From: a virus
Virus record (IMG/VR): IMGVR_UViG_3300030451_003374
Location: 68,947 to 132,946 of that record
Strand: one strand, 5' to 3'
DNA length: 64,000 nt
A program made the translations under genes and the position numbers. Numbering within the stretch: position 1 is the first letter of the stretch; each line of letters starts with the position of its first letter. The notes under the pieces are model-generated. The model did no database searches, was not told the DNA's origin, and saw nothing but the letters and a program-made list of their open reading frames with translations. This document shows, one piece after another, positions 60,155 through 64,000 of the stretch.

Positions 60155-61863
60155 ACTTTTAGTTTGGAGAACCCCTTGTCCTTAGTAAACTCCAGACAGT
60201 GATTGAATTTATCGTATAGATCCTGTTTGTGCGAGATTATAAACACGTTAGCATCCTTGATGATATACCGTACAATTTTGAGGAAGTAGTCTGTACCAAA
60301 CTCATCTAGTGATGAGTCAAAAACCTCGTCCATGATTAGCAAATTTGTAACGACACTGTTCTTCATCCTTGCTATCTCTCTCCATGTAAACAGAAGTGCA
60401 AGGTCGATCCTCATCTTCTCTCCTTCAGAGAATGATGCATAAGAGAACTTCTCATGCACAGGTGTCTGCACAGTTTCATTGAAGTCTTCATCTAACATAA
60501 AGTTGACATAGAAATCCATCCTCTGTAGATACTCATTGACCTGTTGGTTGATCAGAGGTAGATACTTTCTTATAATACTTTTCTTTACACCATCATCTTT
60601 GAGTAGTTCGTTACCCTGTTCTAGATAATCGAACTCATCTTGAGTTGTTTGTAAATTGTTTAGTATGTCTTTTAGTTTATCCTTATACTCTGTTAGTTTC
60701 TCATCCTCAGAATTTTTATTCTCAAGTCTATCGGTAATGTTTTGAATTTCTGTTTCAAGATTTCCTCTTCGTTTGTTGTTGTTAGCAATTCTAATATTGA
60801 ATTGAGAAACTTCATTAGATAGTGTAGTAATCTCCTTCTGGAGTTTGAGAAACTGTTGTTCTCGTTCTTCCTCTGCTTCTATAGCAGTGGTGATTTCATC
60901 CAAACTACTTTGATGTTTGGCAAGAACTCCTTGGAGGTGTTCAATTCTATTTACTCTGAATGACTCTTCTATATTCTGTGTACATGTAGGACAAACCGAA
61001 TGTGCTTCAAAAAAATCTAGTTCATGACTAGAGTTTGATTCTTTAGTTTGTATTTTTGATTTTAACTTTTCTAACTTTTTTATAGTACTACTTGATTTAG
61101 TATATTGTTGAATATCCTTCTCCTTTTTATTGACTTTAGAGATGAGATCTTCAACACTCCTTTGATACTCTTCTGTTTCGGTATCACAATTCTCGATCTC
61201 TTGTTGTTTGGTGTTGATGCTGTCATAACCTTCTTCCTCTATTTGTTTGATAAATCTTTTCTGCATTATTATTTTATCTGCAACTGATTCTTTCTTCAGT
61301 TCCATGACTCTCAAGTTATCTCTTGACTGTTTGATTTGAGTCTTCAAGATATCTGACATCATAGAAAAAACTTTGATGTCAAGTAAGTCTTCTATAACTT
61401 CTCTGCGATGTGGAGCAGATAGTTGCATAAAGGGAACGAAAGAAGCACTCCCAAGTATAACAATTTGAGTGAAAGACTTGTAGTTGAGTTTGAGTATCTG
61501 TCCTTCCAAAGTCTTTTGTTGATCGTTAGCAGAGCAGTCCTCATTGAACTTCTTTCCATTTTTATAGATCTCAAAAATATTTGGTTTGATGCCTCTTATA
61601 ACCCTATAAGGTACATCACCAATATCAAATCGTATATCCACAACAGCATCTCTTTCGTTTGTGCTGTTGACTAACTGACCCTTCGTAACTTTTCGGAACG
61701 GTTTACCGAACAAAGAAAATGTAAGAGCATCTAGAACCGTACTCTTACCCGAACCATTTGCACCAACAATGAGAGTATCTTTATTCTCATCTAACTTTAT
61801 AGATGTGAATTGATTCCCTGAGGACAAAAAGTTTTTATAACGAATTTCTTTGAAACGAATCAC
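60151..61863 (-). CDS. gp46: Recombination ATPase (gp46, SbcC/Rad50-like)
   Basis: GANGSGKST, CPTC hook, SFSEGEKMRIDLAL, MDEVFDSSLD, ISHK. Confidence 0.97.
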   Translation of the reverse strand: MIRFKEIRYKNFLSSGNQFTSIKLDENKDTLIVGANGSGKSTVLDALTFSLFGKPFRKVTKGQLVNSTNERDAVVDIRFDIGDVPYRVIRGIKPNIFEIYKNGKKFNEDCSANDQQKTLEGQILKLNYKSFTQIVILGSASFVPFMQLSAPHRREVIEDLLDIKVFSMMSDILKTQIKQSRDNLRVMELKKESVADKIIMQKRFIKQIEEEGYDSINTKQQEIENCDTETEEYQRSVEDLISKVNKKEKDIQQYTKSSSTIKKLEKLKSKIQTKESNSSHELDFFEAHSVCPTCTQNIEESFRVNRIEHLQGVLAKHQSSLDEITTAIEAEEEREQQFLKLQKEITTLSNEVSQFNIRIANNNKRRGNLETEIQNITDRLENKNSEDEKLTEYKDKLKDILNNLQTTQDEFDYLEQGNELLKDDGVKKSIIRKYLPLINQQVNEYLQRMDFYVNFMLDEDFNETVQTPVHEKFSYASFSEGEKMRIDLALLFTWREIARMKNSVVTNLLIMDEVFDSSLDEFGTDYFLKIVRYIIKDANVFIISHKQDLYDKFNHCLEFTKDKGFSKLKV

Positions 61864-62120
61864 TTAGGATCAACTGGAATAACAAAATCATCTTTACCTA
61901 TTATAGTATACCTTGTTCCTGTTTTTTCGCAAGCTGCAATTGCTACACGGTCAGCAACATGTATTACTTTCATAATAGGTTCACCCGAACCTTCTAACAT
62001 CATAGCATATCTATCGGCATCATCTTTCTCTACAAAAAAGAATACAACCTTCTCACCATACTCGTTGACGACTGCATATGCTCCCTCGTCTTGACTATGC
62101 TTTGGTGTAATAATATGCAT
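61860..62120 (-). CDS. Conserved hypothetical protein between gp47 and gp46
   Basis: Coupled ORF; FFFVEKDDADRYAMML. Confidence 0.7.
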   Translation of the reverse strand: MHIITPKHSQDEGAYAVVNEYGEKVVFFFVEKDDADRYAMMLEGSGEPIMKVIHVADRVAIAACEKTGTRYTIIGKDDFVIPVDPK

Positions 62121-63160
62121 CAGATGACCTCACATGCCTCTTGATAAGTGACTCTTAAAATGTCTTTGATCTTAGATTTATTTAGATCTGTGCTTAGATC
62201 ATCGACATATGTGTTGAGTAGAGTCATCGTATCTTCTGTCTGTGCTACGTTCTCCTCAGGTGCAAGCATATTTACAGATCTCTCTACCACCTTGATGTCA
62301 TATGGGTGTACCCTTGCTAATGATTGCATGAATCTTTCATACTCTTTATCATCAGTCTTTTGTCTAACTACAACCTTGACTATCTTATTCCTATACTCCT
62401 CAAACTTAGTCAGTTGTCTAGGTGTATCATCATAATTGATAATCTTAAACATCTGATAAGGATTATTGATTGTCTTGAGTGTTAGTTTCTCTGTGTCGTA
62501 TATGTGGAATCCTCTTGGATCATCACAATCATTCCAGAACATCTCATATGGATTGCCTAGGTAATATATCCTACCGTTATTTGACCTTGTGTGGTAGTGT
62601 CCTGAGAACACATGAGTAAAGTGGTCATAACACTCAAAGTCTGCTCCTACGTCCATTACGTGCCCGTGTGTGGCAACGAACCCATTTAGTTCTAGATGAC
62701 CCATAGCAACCTTACACTTACTATCCTTCACCATCTTATATGTTGTTGCCTCATTCTCTGGGTTGATCCAAGGTATAAACAGTATTGGTAACCCACCTAC
62801 AGTTATCTCTTCACACTCTTCAACGATACGTATATTATCATACTCTCTGAGCATCAGATCTATAGTGTTGATGTCATTAGTATTCTTATAGAAAGCAGTA
62901 TGATTGCCAACTATACTAATCATTGACATTCCTTTATCTCGAATAGGATCAAAGTAATTGGACTTTGCCCAATTGAGAGAGCATAGATCCACACCCTTCC
63001 TGTTATCAAAGGTATCTCCTAGATCAAGTATAGTATCTATACCATGCTTCTCTAATGTAGGAAAGAATATCTCATCATAAAATTTCTGAAAGTAATCTAA
63101 CCATAGTTTAGAACCTTTCTTGAATCCAAAGTGTTGGTCTGTGATAATAGCAACTTTCAT
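62120..63160 (-). CDS. gp47: Recombination nuclease (gp47, Mre11/SbcD-like)
   Basis: ITDQHFG, LGDTFD, VGNH, GHLE, FSGHYH. Confidence 0.96.
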   Translation of the reverse strand: MKVAIITDQHFGFKKGSKLWLDYFQKFYDEIFFPTLEKHGIDTILDLGDTFDNRKGVDLCSLNWAKSNYFDPIRDKGMSMISIVGNHTAFYKNTNDINTIDLMLREYDNIRIVEECEEITVGGLPILFIPWINPENEATTYKMVKDSKCKVAMGHLELNGFVATHGHVMDVGADFECYDHFTHVFSGHYHTRSNNGRIYYLGNPYEMFWNDCDDPRGFHIYDTEKLTLKTINNPYQMFKIINYDDTPRQLTKFEEYRNKIVKVVVRQKTDDKEYERFMQSLARVHPYDIKVVERSVNMLAPEENVAQTEDTMTLLNTYVDDLSTDLNKSKIKDILRVTYQEACEVI

Positions 63161-63327
63161 TCGTTTACATCATACTCAATTTCGATGACTTTTGCTGATC
63201 TCCCCATGGAGTTTACTCTAGTCATTCTTTTCATAGTGCCACGTAGTTGTGTGGTGATGCCCTCTAGTTCAGATAATAACTCTGCTTCAAGGTCATCAGC
63301 GATGTCTCTGTGTCTGTCAACTCTCAT
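63157..63327 (-). CDS. 56-aa hypothetical protein
   Basis: Hand translation MRVDRHRDIADDLE...IEIEYDVNE; ATGA-coupled to gp47. Confidence 0.65.
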   Translation of the reverse strand: MRVDRHRDIADDLEAELLSELEGITTQLRGTMKRMTRVNSMGRSAKVIEIEYDVNE

Positions 63328-63514
63328 GGATTCCGTACTTTGATAGATCGTATTTTGGTTTGGATAGACCCTCTTCTCGATGTTCGATGGGTTTTCCTAT
63401 TTTTTCTAGGATATCAGCAGGTATTTTTTTCTTGGTGATATCGTAGGGTATCGGTGCATTAGATATACAGACACGAACACACTCCCACTCTTCCTCTGTG
63501 AGATCGTAAGTCAT
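63317..63514 (-). CDS. Hypothetical protein
   Basis: 65-aa ORF coupled to gp55. Confidence 0.65.
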   Translation of the reverse strand: MTYDLTEEEWECVRVCISNAPIPYDITKKKIPADILEKIGKPIEHREEGLSKPKYDLSKYGIHES

Positions 63515-63981
63515 CTGTTATTGGTTCTATATTGTACAGCATCTTTGATAGAGTTATACTCAGAGGACTTATCCGCTTCGTCTGCGACGAAGACTTCGTC
63601 ATACCCAGACTTTTCTATTATCTTTTGTTTTATATCTAACTGACGTTTCTCTTTCTGTATTCTTCTTAGAAATGCATAGTGTATTATCTGTGTGAAGTAT
63701 GCAAAAGGATTCCTAGACTTATCTGGATTGAAGTTATCAATGTATTGAACACAGTTCTCTATGCCATCACATACCATATCATCTTTGAACATATAGTTTA
63801 CAAAGTTTGGTTTGAATGATAGGTGAGTTGCTATCTTTAGAAAGCATTCGCCAATGTATCTGGGAATTACAGGTTTAGGTAAACCTCTTTTCTCGGCAAT
63901 GATAATTTGGTCTTTATAATCAATAATTGCAGCAAGAAACTCCTTGTTATTGACGTAGTGCTCTGATCTTTTACGTGGCAT
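63511..63981 (-). CDS. gp55: Late transcription sigma factor (gp55)
   Basis: HYVNNKEF, NFVNYMFKDDM, NPFAYFTQI..AFLRRIQKEK. Confidence 0.97.
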   Translation of the reverse strand: MPRKRSEHYVNNKEFLAAIIDYKDQIIIAEKRGLPKPVIPRYIGECFLKIATHLSFKPNFVNYMFKDDMVCDGIENCVQYIDNFNPDKSRNPFAYFTQIIHYAFLRRIQKEKRQLDIKQKIIEKSGYDEVFVADEADKSSEYNSIKDAVQYRTNNR

Positions 63982-64000
63982 TACTGTGCGTGTTTCTGTA

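Noticed and set aside
1450-63343. Dozens of 60-140 aa ORFs in the track that lie antisense to, or out of frame within, long genes (e.g. 9548-10135+, 26225-26638-, 31036-31449+, 63131-63343+)
   Set aside because: Fully nested in well-supported genes, no recognisable motifs, and composition typical of frame shadows
1-64000. tRNA, rRNA, CRISPR array, IS element, or a host chromosome/prophage origin
   Set aside because: No cloverleaf, regularly spaced repeats, transposase or integrase was seen; the continuous T4 core gene order indicates a lytic phage genome. A tRNAscan or Infernal run would be needed to exclude RNAs formally.

Overview
AT-rich segment of a lytic T4-like cyanomyovirus genome, most likely infecting Prochlorococcus (inferred from the hli types, talC, petF, ptox and mazG). 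Nearly all genes are on the minus strand. In order: (1) 1-13.2 kb, a large sugar-nucleotide and glycosyltransferase island (GT25, GT7-like, two GT11, GT2, GT10, GT47-like, GT17, FkbM-like, GDP-mannose 3,5-epimerase-like, RfbH-like, SDR, RfbB, PMI cupin); (2) 2OG-Fe(II) oxygenases and talC; (3) a plus-strand three-gene cassette of signal-peptide proteins whose last gene overlaps a minus-strand gene by 212 nt; (4) 18.7-23.5 kb, four SGNH-like paralogs with a eukaryote-type PMM and a sulfotransferase-like gene; (5) nrdB, nrdA, primase; (6) 28.5-34 kb, late genes for basic proteins with capsid-targeting-like N-termini and repeated gp21-type cleavage motifs; (7) 35-39.4 kb, two Asn-synthetase-like PP-loop paralogs, a signal-peptide-less DctP homolog, DUF2061 and a GT; (8) the T4 replication core (mazG, 41, uvsX, 43, hsp20, regA, 62, 44, 45, 46, 47, 55), interspersed with a B12 radical SAM, a nucleotidyltransferase, an amidinotransferase, PTOX, PetF, Dam, four hli genes, many micro-proteins, and an outer-membrane beta-barrel gene with a structured leader. 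No tRNA, rRNA, CRISPR array, intron or transposase was recognised. All family assignments come from motif recognition by eye; no database search was run. The best candidates for undescribed systems are the encapsidated basic-peptide polyprotein cluster, the DctP/PP-loop locus, and the RfbB-RfbH-SDR dideoxysugar pathway possibly reduced by the phage ferredoxin.
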